The position numbers and the translations under genes are program-made. Shown piece after piece: positions 53,770-63,410 of a DNA stretch of 64,000 nt. Each line of letters begins with the position of its first letter. Position 1 is the first letter of the stretch. Below the pieces are notes generated by a model, which saw only the letters and a list, made by a program, of their open reading frames with translations, searched no databases and was not told the DNA's origin. This DNA is from Candidatus Yanofskybacteria bacterium (GTDB taxonomy: Bacteria > Patescibacteriota > Minisyncoccia > 2-02-FULL-40-12 > GWA2-44-9), in NCBI GenBank assembly GCA_903830625.1, contig CAIKUK010000014.1, forward strand, positions 772-64,771, given 5' to 3'.

Positions 53770-54690
53770 ATGAAATCATTTCTACAAAGCAAAGAGTGGC
53801 TTGAATTTCATAAATCTGCCGGACGCAAAACCTGGCGATTTGATGATGGTAAAGTAATTGCCAATATTATTCGGCATGATTTACCCTTGGGGATGAACTA
53901 TTTATACATTCCTCATGGCCCGGAAATTAATTTAGACTATATTACCGGCGGATTAAAAAACGAACTGGAACATTTTATATCCTATCTTAAAAATCTGGCC
54001 CGCGAACAGAAGTCTATTTTTATAAAAATCGAACCTTTGCATGATAGCGCTATTGAATTGCTTTATGGCGCTGGTTTCAAAAAATCATCCAAAAAGGTTC
54101 AGCCCAATCGGTCGGTAATTATTGATTTGGAAAAACCGGAATATGATTTACTAGGCGCGATGCATCATAAGACGCGGTATAACATCAAAGTGGCCGAAAG
54201 GAATGGCTTGAAATTTGTGACCGGCAACAATATCGATGTCTTTTGGGAATTACTAAAACACACGGCTAAGAACGATAATTTCTCCACTCATCCAAAAGAA
54301 TATTATGAAAAATTATGTTCTCCGCCAACTGGCGGAACCGGCCTTAAGACCGAAATGGTGTTTGTCCAACATGAAGGCGTTTCTATCACCGGAGCGGTCC
54401 TCCTGGCTTATGGCGACACTGTCTACTATTTGCATGGCGCGATGGATCGCAGTCCGAAGTATAAACCAATGATGGCCCCATATCTGTTGCATTGGGAAGT
54501 AATGAAATGGGCCAAGGGTTATGGAATTAAATATTATGACCTCTGGGGCATTGATGCCAAAAAATGGCCTGGCGTTACTCGTTTTAAATTGGGCTGGGGC
54601 GGCCGGCAAGTTGAATATCCCGGCGCTTTTGATATGCCTATCCGCAAGTTTTGGTTTTTAATGTATAAAATTATAAGAAAAATATTTTAA
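53770..54690 (+). CDS. FemAB family peptidoglycan interpeptide-bridge aminoacyltransferase (GNAT-fold)
   Basis: N-terminal FLQSKEWLEFHK, similar to the FemAB N-terminal pattern; two GNAT-like halves; adjacent to a Mur ligase. Confidence 0.65.
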   Translation: MKSFLQSKEWLEFHKSAGRKTWRFDDGKVIANIIRHDLPLGMNYLYIPHGPEINLDYITGGLKNELEHFISYLKNLAREQKSIFIKIEPLHDSAIELLYGAGFKKSSKKVQPNRSVIIDLEKPEYDLLGAMHHKTRYNIKVAERNGLKFVTGNNIDVFWELLKHTAKNDNFSTHPKEYYEKLCSPPTGGTGLKTEMVFVQHEGVSITGAVLLAYGDTVYYLHGAMDRSPKYKPMMAPYLLHWEVMKWAKGYGIKYYDLWGIDAKKWPGVTRFKLGWGGRQVEYPGAFDMPIRKFWFLMYKIIRKIF

Positions 54691-55961
54691 TGATCCAGGA
54701 AACAGCGCTGGATAAAATTTTATATCAGGTCAAAAAAATAATTCCTGCGTCGGTCTTTGAATTTTTTCAGCCGGCTTATCACCGGTTGTTGGCTTACGGC
54801 GGGGCGTTGCGATACGGGTTTCCATCTCACAGCATGAAGTTAATCGGCGTGACGGGCACAAAAGGCAAATCGACGACGGTTTTCATGATTACCAAAATTC
54901 TGGAAGCTTCGGGCGCGAATGTGGCGGCGATTGGGTCGCTGGGATTTAAGATTAAAGATAAAGAATGGCCGAATACGCTGAAACAAACCATGCCCGGCCG
55001 CTTCCGATTACAAAGATTTTTAGCCGAAGCTAGAAAAGCGGGCTGTGATTTCGTGGTTTTGGAAGTAACCTCGGAAGGCATTAAACAATACCGTCATCTG
55101 GGGATTAAATTTGATTCGGCGGTGTTCGTGAATATTCATCGCGAGCATTTGGAAAATCACGGCTCATTTGAAAATTACATCAAAGCCAAACAAAAATTGT
55201 TTGAGGCGACGAAACGGGTCCATATCTTAAACGCCGACGAAGCGCGCATCGCTGATTTTGATAAATTTACCGCTGAAAAGAAAATTACCTTTGGCATCAA
55301 TCAGGGCGATATCCGGCCGAGCAATGTTCTGGCCAGTGAAAGCGAATCAGAATTTGACCTGAACGGCCAGCATGTCCATTTGCATGTCGGCGGGATGTTC
55401 AACGTGCTCAATGCTCTCGGCGCCTGGGCCGTGGCTTCGGTTTATGATATTGAACCTTCCATAATCGCGGAAGCGCTTTCCAATTTACAAACTATTCCAG
55501 GCCGTCTGGAATTTGTCCAAAAACAGCCATTTAGTGTGGTGGTAGATTATGCTCACACGCCGGATTCATTGAAGATGGTTTATGAAACCCTTAAGCCGAT
55601 GAATGGCCGATTGATTTGCGTTCTGGGCGCAGCTGGCGGGGGACGAGACAAATGGAAAAGACCGGAATTCGGCGCCATTGCCGACCGGTTGGCCGATGAA
55701 ATTATTTTAACCGACGAAGACCCTTATGAAGAAGATCCGTGCCAGATTGTTTATGATGTTCAGCAAGGCATCAGTCGTACCGATCATGTGGAAGTCATCA
55801 TGGACCGTAAAGAAGCGATTGGCCGAGCTATTGCCATTGCCCGACCTGGTGATACGGTCGTCATTACGGGTAAGGGCTCAGAGGTTTCGATGGCCGTCGC
55901 CGGCAATAAGAAAATTCCCTGGTCGGACCGTGATATTGTCCGGAGCTTTCTTAATAATTAA
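54690..55961 (+). CDS. Mur ligase family protein (MurE/MurT-like, lacking the N-terminal domain)
   Basis: LIGVTGTKGKSTT P-loop, central Mur ligase domain and a C-terminal domain; 423 aa. Confidence 0.7.
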   Translation: MIQETALDKILYQVKKIIPASVFEFFQPAYHRLLAYGGALRYGFPSHSMKLIGVTGTKGKSTTVFMITKILEASGANVAAIGSLGFKIKDKEWPNTLKQTMPGRFRLQRFLAEARKAGCDFVVLEVTSEGIKQYRHLGIKFDSAVFVNIHREHLENHGSFENYIKAKQKLFEATKRVHILNADEARIADFDKFTAEKKITFGINQGDIRPSNVLASESESEFDLNGQHVHLHVGGMFNVLNALGAWAVASVYDIEPSIIAEALSNLQTIPGRLEFVQKQPFSVVVDYAHTPDSLKMVYETLKPMNGRLICVLGAAGGGRDKWKRPEFGAIADRLADEIILTDEDPYEEDPCQIVYDVQQGISRTDHVEVIMDRKEAIGRAIAIARPGDTVVITGKGSEVSMAVAGNKKIPWSDRDIVRSFLNN

Positions 55962-55999
55962 GCTTGTTTTTCTCACACAGAGTCTGCTATTATTAAAGC

Positions 56000-56461
56000 A
56001 TGCCCGAAGAGGTTGAAGTCCAATTAGCCAAAAAAGAAGAGCGTCCATCGTTTAGAACTGCTCACGCGCCAGGCCTATCCTGGCTGGTTGTTATTCTACT
56101 AATGATCCTCGCCGCCTTTTCGGTTATGCATTTCGGTAGTCTTCAACCGGCCGTCAGTCCTCTGCCGTCGGGCTTGGTTGATAGTTCTACACCAACGGTC
56201 CAACCTCGCATCTATACTATCTCTTATGATGTCGGCGTGTTTAGTCCGACTAACCTTCGGATTCATGCTGGTGATACGGTCCGGTTCAAGAATGATAGTA
56301 TTTTCCCCATTAGAATTGTTTCCGAAGATTTGGTCGGTTTTGATAGTATTGGCGACATTCCGCAGGGGAGTTATTTCTCGTTTACTTTTGCAGCCCGAGG
56401 CACATTCAGTTATCATAATAATCATAACAGCGGTCAAGCTGGCGCTATCATTGTCAGGTAA
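56000..56461 (+). CDS. Membrane-anchored cupredoxin-like domain protein (hypothetical)
   Basis: N-terminal TM then LRIHAGDTVRFKNDS...GTFSYHNNHNSGQAGAIIV, a beta-sandwich/cupredoxin-like pattern. Confidence 0.4.
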   Translation: MPEEVEVQLAKKEERPSFRTAHAPGLSWLVVILLMILAAFSVMHFGSLQPAVSPLPSGLVDSSTPTVQPRIYTISYDVGVFSPTNLRIHAGDTVRFKNDSIFPIRIVSEDLVGFDSIGDIPQGSYFSFTFAARGTFSYHNNHNSGQAGAIIVR

Positions 56462-56477
56462 ATTTATTTTTTCACGC

Positions 56478-56759
56478 ATGACCAATCCGCTTACGATGCA
56501 AGTTGAGTCCCGAATGGGGGCTGTATTCATTTCTTTATTGGCGATATTTTTTACGGGTGTTCTTTTCGTGGCTATCAAAAACTACGAGTCTGATCAAATT
56601 GTGCTGGATGCGTCCGTTACTCAAGTTAAATCAATGTCTTCAACTGAGCGTCAGATTATTGCTCAATGGATTAAAGATAATAATATTCCGGTACCCGACG
56701 GCCAAGGTTATCGTTACTTGATTCAGGAATATCCGAATCGGCCGTGGCTTAGTTATTAA
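56478..56759 (+). CDS. Hypothetical small membrane-anchored protein (93 aa)
   Basis: ATG 56478 in the same frame as the longer track ORF 56178 (whose 5' part overlaps the previous gene); one TM helix. Confidence 0.35.
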   Translation: MTNPLTMQVESRMGAVFISLLAIFFTGVLFVAIKNYESDQIVLDASVTQVKSMSSTERQIIAQWIKDNNIPVPDGQGYRYLIQEYPNRPWLSY

Positions 56760-56898
56760 TCCCGCACATAACAAGCACTGGCAATACTACTGCGTCACTA
56801 TGCGGATATAAATAATATTAATCATACAGCACTGATAAGCTTGGATAATACATAAAATCGTATTGCTCAAGCAGTTGGTGCTTGTTATGTGCGGGATG
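56759..56898 (+). repeat. 140-nt hairpin-ended intercistronic element, copy 2 (spans TAA of the upstream ORF to the ATG of the presenilin-like protease gene)
   Basis: Same length and termini as copy 1 at 47058-47197, with about 20 substitutions. Confidence 0.8.
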
Positions 56899-57729
56899 AA
56901 AATTCAGCCCAATCTTTTTCTGAAAGAAGCGTTAATGTTCGGCGGGACTTTCGCTCTGGGTTTGTTTGTGGCTTATCAATATGTGATTCAGCTCCCAAAC
57001 GTAGAAATTATCCAACCCTCGAACATCACTACTGGAGATATAGTTGGTTTTATTCTAATATTCGTGGCAGTTTGGTTGGTTAGTCGTATTCGGCAGTTAT
57101 CAAGTTGGGTGTTCTGGATATTCATTTCTATTTTAATTCTTGCCGGTTCCCAAATTGTGATTGCTTCCGTGGCGCCGTTCCCACTAGATATTATCGGAAG
57201 CCTGCTGATTTTGGCCACTTTTCTTGTTGCCCATACTGTTATTACGCACGATATCGCCATTGCTTTGGGTATCGCCGGTCTTGGCGCTGCTGTCGGCATT
57301 ATTATTACACCTACAGTCGGCGTCGTGGTTCTGGTCCTGATGTCCTTCTATGATATTATTGCCGTATATAAGACCCGGCATATGGTCCGGATTGCTGAAA
57401 GTATGATTCGTTCTGGCGCCGTATTCGGTTTTATTATTCCGCCCAGTACTGAACTTTTTATGGCTTCGCGGCATGAGGCCAAATCTCGAATCGGAACTGA
57501 TTTTATGATTTTGGGTTCGGGTGATATTGGTTTGCCTTTAATTTTTATCAGTTCTTTGGTCCGCCAATCTTTGCCTGAAGCGATTATCGTCGCTTGTTTC
57601 GCCATGCTCGGACTGCTTTTAACTCATATATTGTTTGTCAGCCAGACTAAACGTCAACCGATGGCCGCGTTGCCGCCGATTGCGACGATGACCCTAATCG
57701 GGTATGCCGTGGCATTGGTGATTATATAA
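56896..57729 (+). CDS. Presenilin/signal-peptide-peptidase-like GxGD intramembrane aspartyl protease (A22-like)
   Basis: YD (LMSFYDIIAVY), GxGD (LGSGDIGLP) and PAL (MAALPP) motifs in the canonical order within a roughly 9-TM protein; an alternative start is ATG 56935. Confidence 0.6.
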   Translation: MKIQPNLFLKEALMFGGTFALGLFVAYQYVIQLPNVEIIQPSNITTGDIVGFILIFVAVWLVSRIRQLSSWVFWIFISILILAGSQIVIASVAPFPLDIIGSLLILATFLVAHTVITHDIAIALGIAGLGAAVGIIITPTVGVVVLVLMSFYDIIAVYKTRHMVRIAESMIRSGAVFGFIIPPSTELFMASRHEAKSRIGTDFMILGSGDIGLPLIFISSLVRQSLPEAIIVACFAMLGLLLTHILFVSQTKRQPMAALPPIATMTLIGYAVALVII

Positions 57730-57732
57730 CTT

Positions 57733-59091
57733 ATGGCTAAACTTACTTTTTATGGCGGGGCCCAATCAGTGACAGGGTCAAACTATCTTCTTGAATCGGG
57801 AGGCGTTAAGATTCTTGTTGATTGCGGGATGTTCCAAGGTTCAAGTGATGCTGAAGAGAAGAACTACGGACCGTTTCCTTACAAGCCATCCGAACTTTCA
57901 GCCGTGTTTATCTCTCACAGCCACGCGGACCATACCGGCCGTTTGCCGAAATTGCATAAAGAAGGTTTCCGAGGAAAGCTCTATGCCACTTCTCCGACGC
58001 TGGATATGACCTTTATCGCTTTGCCGGACAATCTTTCTCTTATGGAAGATGCGGCTGCCAGAGCTAATCATTCGCCTTTATTCTCCCAGGAAGACCTGGA
58101 TGGTTTATCGGGTTTGGCTGAAGGTGTTAGCTATGGCCAGGAAATAGAACTTGGCCCTGATTTTTCGGCCGTGTTTCATGACGCCGGCCATATTTTGGGT
58201 TCGTCCATCATTGAATTCAGATTTGAAGGCAAAAAGATTTATTTCTCGGGCGATTTGGGCAATCCGCCGACTCCGCTTTTGAAACCGTTTGAATATCCGC
58301 TCGATGCGGACTATATAATTGTCGAATCTGCCTATGGCGACCGGGTTCATGAAGACCGCTCAACTCGTAAACAAAAACTCCGCTCCATTGTTAAGGACAC
58401 AATAACTAAAGGCGGCACCTTAATGATTCCGTCATTCGCGATGGAACGCACTCAAGAACTGCTTTTTGAATTGAACGATATGCATAACGCAGGAGAAATT
58501 CCTGATGTGCCGATGTTCCTTGATTCGCCGCTAGCTATCCTTTTGACCGAAGTTTATCAAAAGTATCCGGAATATTTTAATAAAGAAGCAGCCTATATCA
58601 TTAAATCGGGCGATGATTTATTTAATTTTCCTGGACTGACATATTGCCGGACCAGCGAAGAATCAAAGAATATTAACGGCATTCTCGGTCCGAAAGTGAT
58701 CATTGCCGGTTCGGGTATGTCGACTGGCGGCCGTATTCTCCACCACGAACGCCGATATCTTTCGGACCCGAATTCCACCCTGCTCTTTATTGGCTTTCAG
58801 GCCGAAGGGACGCTCGGCCGAAAGATATTCGACGGCGCCAAGGAAGTCAAAATTTTTGATGAAAAAGTGCCGATTCATTGTCGGATTGAAGCTATCGGTG
58901 GCTATTCCGCTCACGCCGACCAACCGACATTGCTGAGCTGGATTGCCAAAGGCGCCGAAGCCGGCCATTTAAAAAATGTCTTTGCGGTTCAAGGTGAAAC
59001 GGCTTCATCCGCCACTTTATGCGGTCTGATCACTGCTTCCACCCATGTTCCTGCAACCGTGCCTAATCTAAATCAAACCGTTGAGTTGTAA
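57733..59091 (+). CDS. MBL-fold beta-CASP family ribonuclease (RNase J/CPSF-like)
   Basis: ISHSHADHTG (HxHxDH), GDLGNPPTP, beta-CASP-like middle region, and a C-terminal HADQ motif. Confidence 0.75.
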   Translation: MAKLTFYGGAQSVTGSNYLLESGGVKILVDCGMFQGSSDAEEKNYGPFPYKPSELSAVFISHSHADHTGRLPKLHKEGFRGKLYATSPTLDMTFIALPDNLSLMEDAAARANHSPLFSQEDLDGLSGLAEGVSYGQEIELGPDFSAVFHDAGHILGSSIIEFRFEGKKIYFSGDLGNPPTPLLKPFEYPLDADYIIVESAYGDRVHEDRSTRKQKLRSIVKDTITKGGTLMIPSFAMERTQELLFELNDMHNAGEIPDVPMFLDSPLAILLTEVYQKYPEYFNKEAAYIIKSGDDLFNFPGLTYCRTSEESKNINGILGPKVIIAGSGMSTGGRILHHERRYLSDPNSTLLFIGFQAEGTLGRKIFDGAKEVKIFDEKVPIHCRIEAIGGYSAHADQPTLLSWIAKGAEAGHLKNVFAVQGETASSATLCGLITASTHVPATVPNLNQTVEL

Positions 59092-59136
59092 TAGTTGTCC
59101 TCTTTAATTCCATATTTTTATTTGTATACTTAAATC

Positions 59137-59883
59137 ATGCCTACAGAAGAAACAAAACCAGAAGTAGCTCAAACTCCAAACCAGGGGACGATGAATGTGC
59201 CGGCGTCTAAATTGCCACTTGAACGTGACCCAGGTGATTTTCGGTCATCGTTGCATTGGCGCGTTTTTCGTATTCTAGCCGAGTTTGTTGATGGCTGGCA
59301 GTTTTTGGCCGACTTCAAAAAAACGATTACCTTTTTCGGTTCGGCCCGTTTCCAGCCCGGTGAGAAATGGTATGAAGAAGCCCGTACTCTGGGCAAACTT
59401 CTGGCTGGCGCCGGATTCGGGGTGGTCACCGGTGGCGGCCCGGGCATTATGCAGGCCGGTAACCAAGGCGCAGTCGAGGGCGGCGGCGATTCTATCGGTT
59501 TAAATATTAAATTGCCGACTGAACAGCGTATCAATCCCTATGTCAGAGAATCTTCTGCTTTTCACTATTTCTTTGTCCGAAAACTGATGATGTCGTACGC
59601 TGCCCGAGCCTACGTGTTCTTTCCGGGTGGATTGGGCACGCTTGATGAAGCCTTTGAAATTCTCACGCTTATCCAAACCAAAAAAATCTCCGATAAAATT
59701 CCAGTGGTGCTGGTGGGTAAAGAATTTTGGGACCCAATCAATAAATGGCTGAGCGAGGAAATATTAACCAAGTTGCATGCCATTGATGAAGAGGATTTGA
59801 AACTTTACACCATCGTTGACACGGCTCAAGAAGCCTTTGAACTCCTCAAAAACGCGCCGGCGCGTGAAGACTTCTTCTATTAG
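59137..59883 (+). CDS. LOG family protein (TIGR00730; cytokinin riboside 5'-monophosphate phosphoribohydrolase-like)
   Basis: TFFGSARF ... VVTGGGPGIMQAGNQGA ... PGGLGTLDE motifs; the N-terminal roughly 40 aa may be an extension. Confidence 0.8.
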   Translation: MPTEETKPEVAQTPNQGTMNVPASKLPLERDPGDFRSSLHWRVFRILAEFVDGWQFLADFKKTITFFGSARFQPGEKWYEEARTLGKLLAGAGFGVVTGGGPGIMQAGNQGAVEGGGDSIGLNIKLPTEQRINPYVRESSAFHYFFVRKLMMSYAARAYVFFPGGLGTLDEAFEILTLIQTKKISDKIPVVLVGKEFWDPINKWLSEEILTKLHAIDEEDLKLYTIVDTAQEAFELLKNAPAREDFFY

Positions 59884-59985
59884 CGGTAATAATAAAGACT
59901 GGAATGCGTATTTAAAAACGTCGTCTGGGCTTGATTTTTGTTAAAATAGTAGTAAAATATGGAGTAGTTTCCAGAACCATTAAAC

Positions 59986-62316
59986 ATGAGCGAATTCAAA
60001 ATAAACAATATTATTATCCCCGAGGAATTACCGGTTATTGCTCTCAAAAATACGGTTCTATTTCCGAAACTGGTCATTCCCATTATTATCCAGCGCCCTA
60101 AATCAATCAGTGCGTTGGAGTTTGCGCAGACCCACAATCGGCTCGTTCTCTTTATGACCCAAAAAAACAGCGAAGATGACATCTCCGCGAACGATTTATA
60201 TAAAGTGGGCACTATCGGCCGGATTGTTTCCATTTTCAAACTTCCGGACGGCTCATCGAAAATTGACGTTGAAGGTCTCATCCGAGCTCGGATTACCGAC
60301 TTTGTTACTGAAGAGCCATTCATTCGCGTCAATGCCGAGCCGATGGCGCTGATTATCCGCGATAATCTGGACGAAAAAGCTATTCTTAGGCGAGCCATCG
60401 AACAATTTCGGGTTATCTCCGAGGCCCGTTCTTTCCCGACCATCCTGCCCGAAATTATTTACATGATGTCCCAACTCAAAGACACCGAACACATTGCCAG
60501 CTTGATGACAGTGAATTTAAACTTGGAAGTGGAGAACCAACAACGTATTCTGGAACTGGAAAGCCTGCTTGATATCTTGCGTCAGCTCAATATGTACCTC
60601 TCACGTGAAGTTCAAATTCTTGAAACCGAAAAAGATGTCGTCAAAGAAACCAAAAAGCAAATCGGCAAAATGCAGAAAGAGCTTTTCCTGAGAGAGCAAT
60701 TAAAGAGTATTGAAAAAGAACTGGGCGTGGATGATGAAAAAGACGAACTGGTTTCCGTTCGCGCCAAAATAATGTCCGCCGGTATGCCCAAAGATATCCA
60801 AGAAAAAGCCCTCAAAGAATTAAGCCGTTTGGGCAAGATGCCGGCCTTCAATCCCGAAGGTTCATATATCCGCAGTTACCTCGATCTTTTAAGCGAGTTG
60901 CCGTGGTCTAAAAAAACAAAGGAGAAAATTGATCTGAAAGAAGCCGAAAAGATATTAAATGAAGACCACTACGGCTTGCCTAAAGTTAAGGAACGTATTT
61001 TGGAATATCTGGCGGTTCAAAAACAAGTTGGTAAATTAAAAGGTCCGATTCTATGTTTAGTCGGTCCGCCGGGTACCGGTAAAACTTCAGTCGGCCAGTC
61101 CATTGCTCGGGCGCTGGGCCGTAAATTTGCTCGCATGTCGCTTGGCGGTTTGCGCGACGAAGCGGAAATCAGGGGTCATCGCCGAACCTATGTCGGAGCC
61201 ATGCCGGGCCGCCTGATTCAAGGCATTCAAAACGTCAAAGTTAAAAATCCGGTCTTTATGCTGGACGAGATTGATAAAGTCGGTTCGGATTTTCGCGGCG
61301 ACCCATCTTCTGCTTTATTGGAAGCTTTGGACCCCCAACAGAACCATGCTTTCTCGGACCATTATCTAGAGGTGCCATTTGATTTGTCCGACGTGTTATT
61401 TATTGTCACGGCCAATCGCTTGGATACGATTCCGCCAGCCTTGCGCGACCGCTTGGAAATTATTGAATTTCCGGGCTATACCGAATTGGAAAAATTCCAT
61501 ATCGCCAAAAATTTTCTTCTGCCCAGACTTTTTAAAGATCATGGCTTAAAAAAGCGAAGCTTAGTATTCCAGGATTCGGCCGTGATGGATATTATTCGCA
61601 ATCATACCCGCGAAGCCGGGGTCCGCGAATTGGAACGCCAACTGGCTAATGTTATCCGAAAAGTAACTCGTAAAATCGTCGAATCGTCTTCGACTAAAAC
61701 TATCAGCATTAATCCCAAAGCCGTCGATACTTATCTTGGTCCGATTAAGTATACCTATGATGTGGCTGAGCGGAAGGATGAAATCGGCCGAGCCACTGGT
61801 TTGGCCTGGACGCCGGTTGGCGGAGACTTGATGATGATTGAAGCTATCCGCATGCCTGGGACAGGTAAACTAATCCTGACGGGTCAGTTAGGCATTGTGA
61901 TGAAAGAATCCGCCCAGGCAGCTTTGTCGTGGGCTCGGGCTTATGCTGCCCGCAGTGGCGTCAAAGAAGATTTGCGCAAAGAAGATATTCATTTGCATGC
62001 GCCGTCCGGCGGCGTTAAAAAAGAAGGTCCATCGGCCGGTATTGCCATTACCACCACTTTAGTTTCACTGTTTCTTAAAAAACCTGTCCGGAAAGAAGTG
62101 GCCATGACGGGTGAAATAACACTCCGGGGCAAAGTGCTCGGCATCGGCGGTCTCAAAGAAAAAGTGCTGGCCGCTCATCGGGCGGGTATCAAAATCGTCG
62201 TCGCGCCGTTTGAAAATAAAAAAGACATGATTGATATTCCCAAAGAAATTCAACGTGACATCAAATTTATTTTCGTGAAAACAATGGAGGAAGTACTCAA
62301 GGTGGCGCTCAAATAA
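59986..62316 (+). CDS. lon: ATP-dependent protease Lon
   Basis: N-terminal LON domain, GPPGTGKTS Walker A, and a C-terminal protease domain with PKEGPSAGIAI (catalytic Ser) and K. Confidence 0.95.
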   Translation: MSEFKINNIIIPEELPVIALKNTVLFPKLVIPIIIQRPKSISALEFAQTHNRLVLFMTQKNSEDDISANDLYKVGTIGRIVSIFKLPDGSSKIDVEGLIRARITDFVTEEPFIRVNAEPMALIIRDNLDEKAILRRAIEQFRVISEARSFPTILPEIIYMMSQLKDTEHIASLMTVNLNLEVENQQRILELESLLDILRQLNMYLSREVQILETEKDVVKETKKQIGKMQKELFLREQLKSIEKELGVDDEKDELVSVRAKIMSAGMPKDIQEKALKELSRLGKMPAFNPEGSYIRSYLDLLSELPWSKKTKEKIDLKEAEKILNEDHYGLPKVKERILEYLAVQKQVGKLKGPILCLVGPPGTGKTSVGQSIARALGRKFARMSLGGLRDEAEIRGHRRTYVGAMPGRLIQGIQNVKVKNPVFMLDEIDKVGSDFRGDPSSALLEALDPQQNHAFSDHYLEVPFDLSDVLFIVTANRLDTIPPALRDRLEIIEFPGYTELEKFHIAKNFLLPRLFKDHGLKKRSLVFQDSAVMDIIRNHTREAGVRELERQLANVIRKVTRKIVESSSTKTISINPKAVDTYLGPIKYTYDVAERKDEIGRATGLAWTPVGGDLMMIEAIRMPGTGKLILTGQLGIVMKESAQAALSWARAYAARSGVKEDLRKEDIHLHAPSGGVKKEGPSAGIAITTTLVSLFLKKPVRKEVAMTGEITLRGKVLGIGGLKEKVLAAHRAGIKIVVAPFENKKDMIDIPKEIQRDIKFIFVKTMEEVLKVALK

Positions 62317-62324
62317 TCGCTCGA

Positions 62325-62520
62325 TCTTTCTCATTTTCTTCCGGCTTCCTCTCGGGCTGGCTCTAGAAATAATCTCTCATTTCTCTGACCGTCCGAAGCC
62401 ACTTCTGTCAGGCCATGCGGACTTAGGCCGTTCCTGACATCTTCGGACCGGTACCCAGAGAAATCTCTAGATTATTTCTGATCCAGCTTCCAATCGTGCA
62501 GATGGAAGAAAATGAGAAAG
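62325..62520. repeat. Roughly 196-nt imperfect palindrome (long nested hairpin) immediately downstream of lon
   Basis: Outer arms ctttctcattttcttcc / ggaagaaaatgagaaag; nested pairs tctagaaataatctct~agagaaatctctagattattt and gaccgtccgaag~cttcggaccggt; centre near atgcggacttagg. Confidence 0.6.
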
Positions 62521-62622
62521 ACCTCGCTATCTCAACAAGTTTTTAGGTTTGCTAAAAAACAAGAAGTGTTGTATTGTATTGGCGTCTTGCTTAACAGTGC
62601 TACTTAACAAAGGAGTTCTTTG

Positions 62623-63303
62623 ATGCCGAACATTTTCGTTGGTATTCTCGTTGTTCCATCGGTTTTGATCCTCGGGATATGGCTTCTGACTGCACTGAGA
62701 GCTTTGAAGAAAGCAAGGGGGGTTATTAAAGACAAGGAGGAGCGGAACGGGTGGGTCATGGCGGTGCTCGAAGCGAATTCCAGAATTGTCGCGGAGTTGC
62801 GCAAGCAAGGATTTACCATGGGCGAAGGGGACGATGATATAGATTCGTATCGCTGTTTCCTTCAAACCAGGGAGACTAGGCCTTCCGGTGTCGTGATCAA
62901 CGTTATGGCCGCTTTGAACCGAAGCTTGAAACCCGCGTACTACTATGTCCGTATTTTCGTTGTTTTTCCTCACCAAGGCAGTATGGATGAGGGAATTCCC
63001 GCGCTGAAGAGAGCAATAGCCGAAGAGGTACACAGGAAGTTCTCACCTTTGTCCCAAGAGTATCTGATTGGCCAGATTCCCATGAATTTTGCAGACATCG
63101 CGCGCCGGATTGACGAAGCCGTCAAATTCTACGAACGGGCGCTCGAAAAGGCCAAACCAGAATTCCCCTTTCTGACAAAGCGGGTCCAGGCGGCGGCGAG
63201 CGTGAAGGAAGAACTGGTTGTCGCGAGAAACGACATCCAGATTATGATCAATGGACTCATCGCTTCATTGGCAGACGACAAAGAGTTGTCGGCGACAGGT
63301 TGA
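62623..63303 (+). CDS. Hypothetical GC-rich protein with an N-terminal TM helix (226 aa)
   Basis: aaggag Shine-Dalgarno 8 nt upstream; the terminator hairpin at 63331-63371 follows; no family recognised. Confidence 0.45.
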   Translation: MPNIFVGILVVPSVLILGIWLLTALRALKKARGVIKDKEERNGWVMAVLEANSRIVAELRKQGFTMGEGDDDIDSYRCFLQTRETRPSGVVINVMAALNRSLKPAYYYVRIFVVFPHQGSMDEGIPALKRAIAEEVHRKFSPLSQEYLIGQIPMNFADIARRIDEAVKFYERALEKAKPEFPFLTKRVQAAASVKEELVVARNDIQIMINGLIASLADDKELSATG

Positions 63304-63410
63304 CGGCCGAGCTCGGTTCGTCCCATTAATTCCGCGGGTGGCATGCCACTGCCCGCGGACTTTCGTTTTTATTGATCCGTTCTGTTATACTGGGGCTATA
63401 ATTTATCGGC

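Noticed and set aside
59169-59534. Minus-strand 121-aa ORF antisense to the LOG-family gene, and other antisense ORFs in GC-rich stretches (62527-63033, 5182-5499).
   Set aside because: These are typical GC-rich antisense frames with Arg/Pro/Gly-rich translations and no expression signals.
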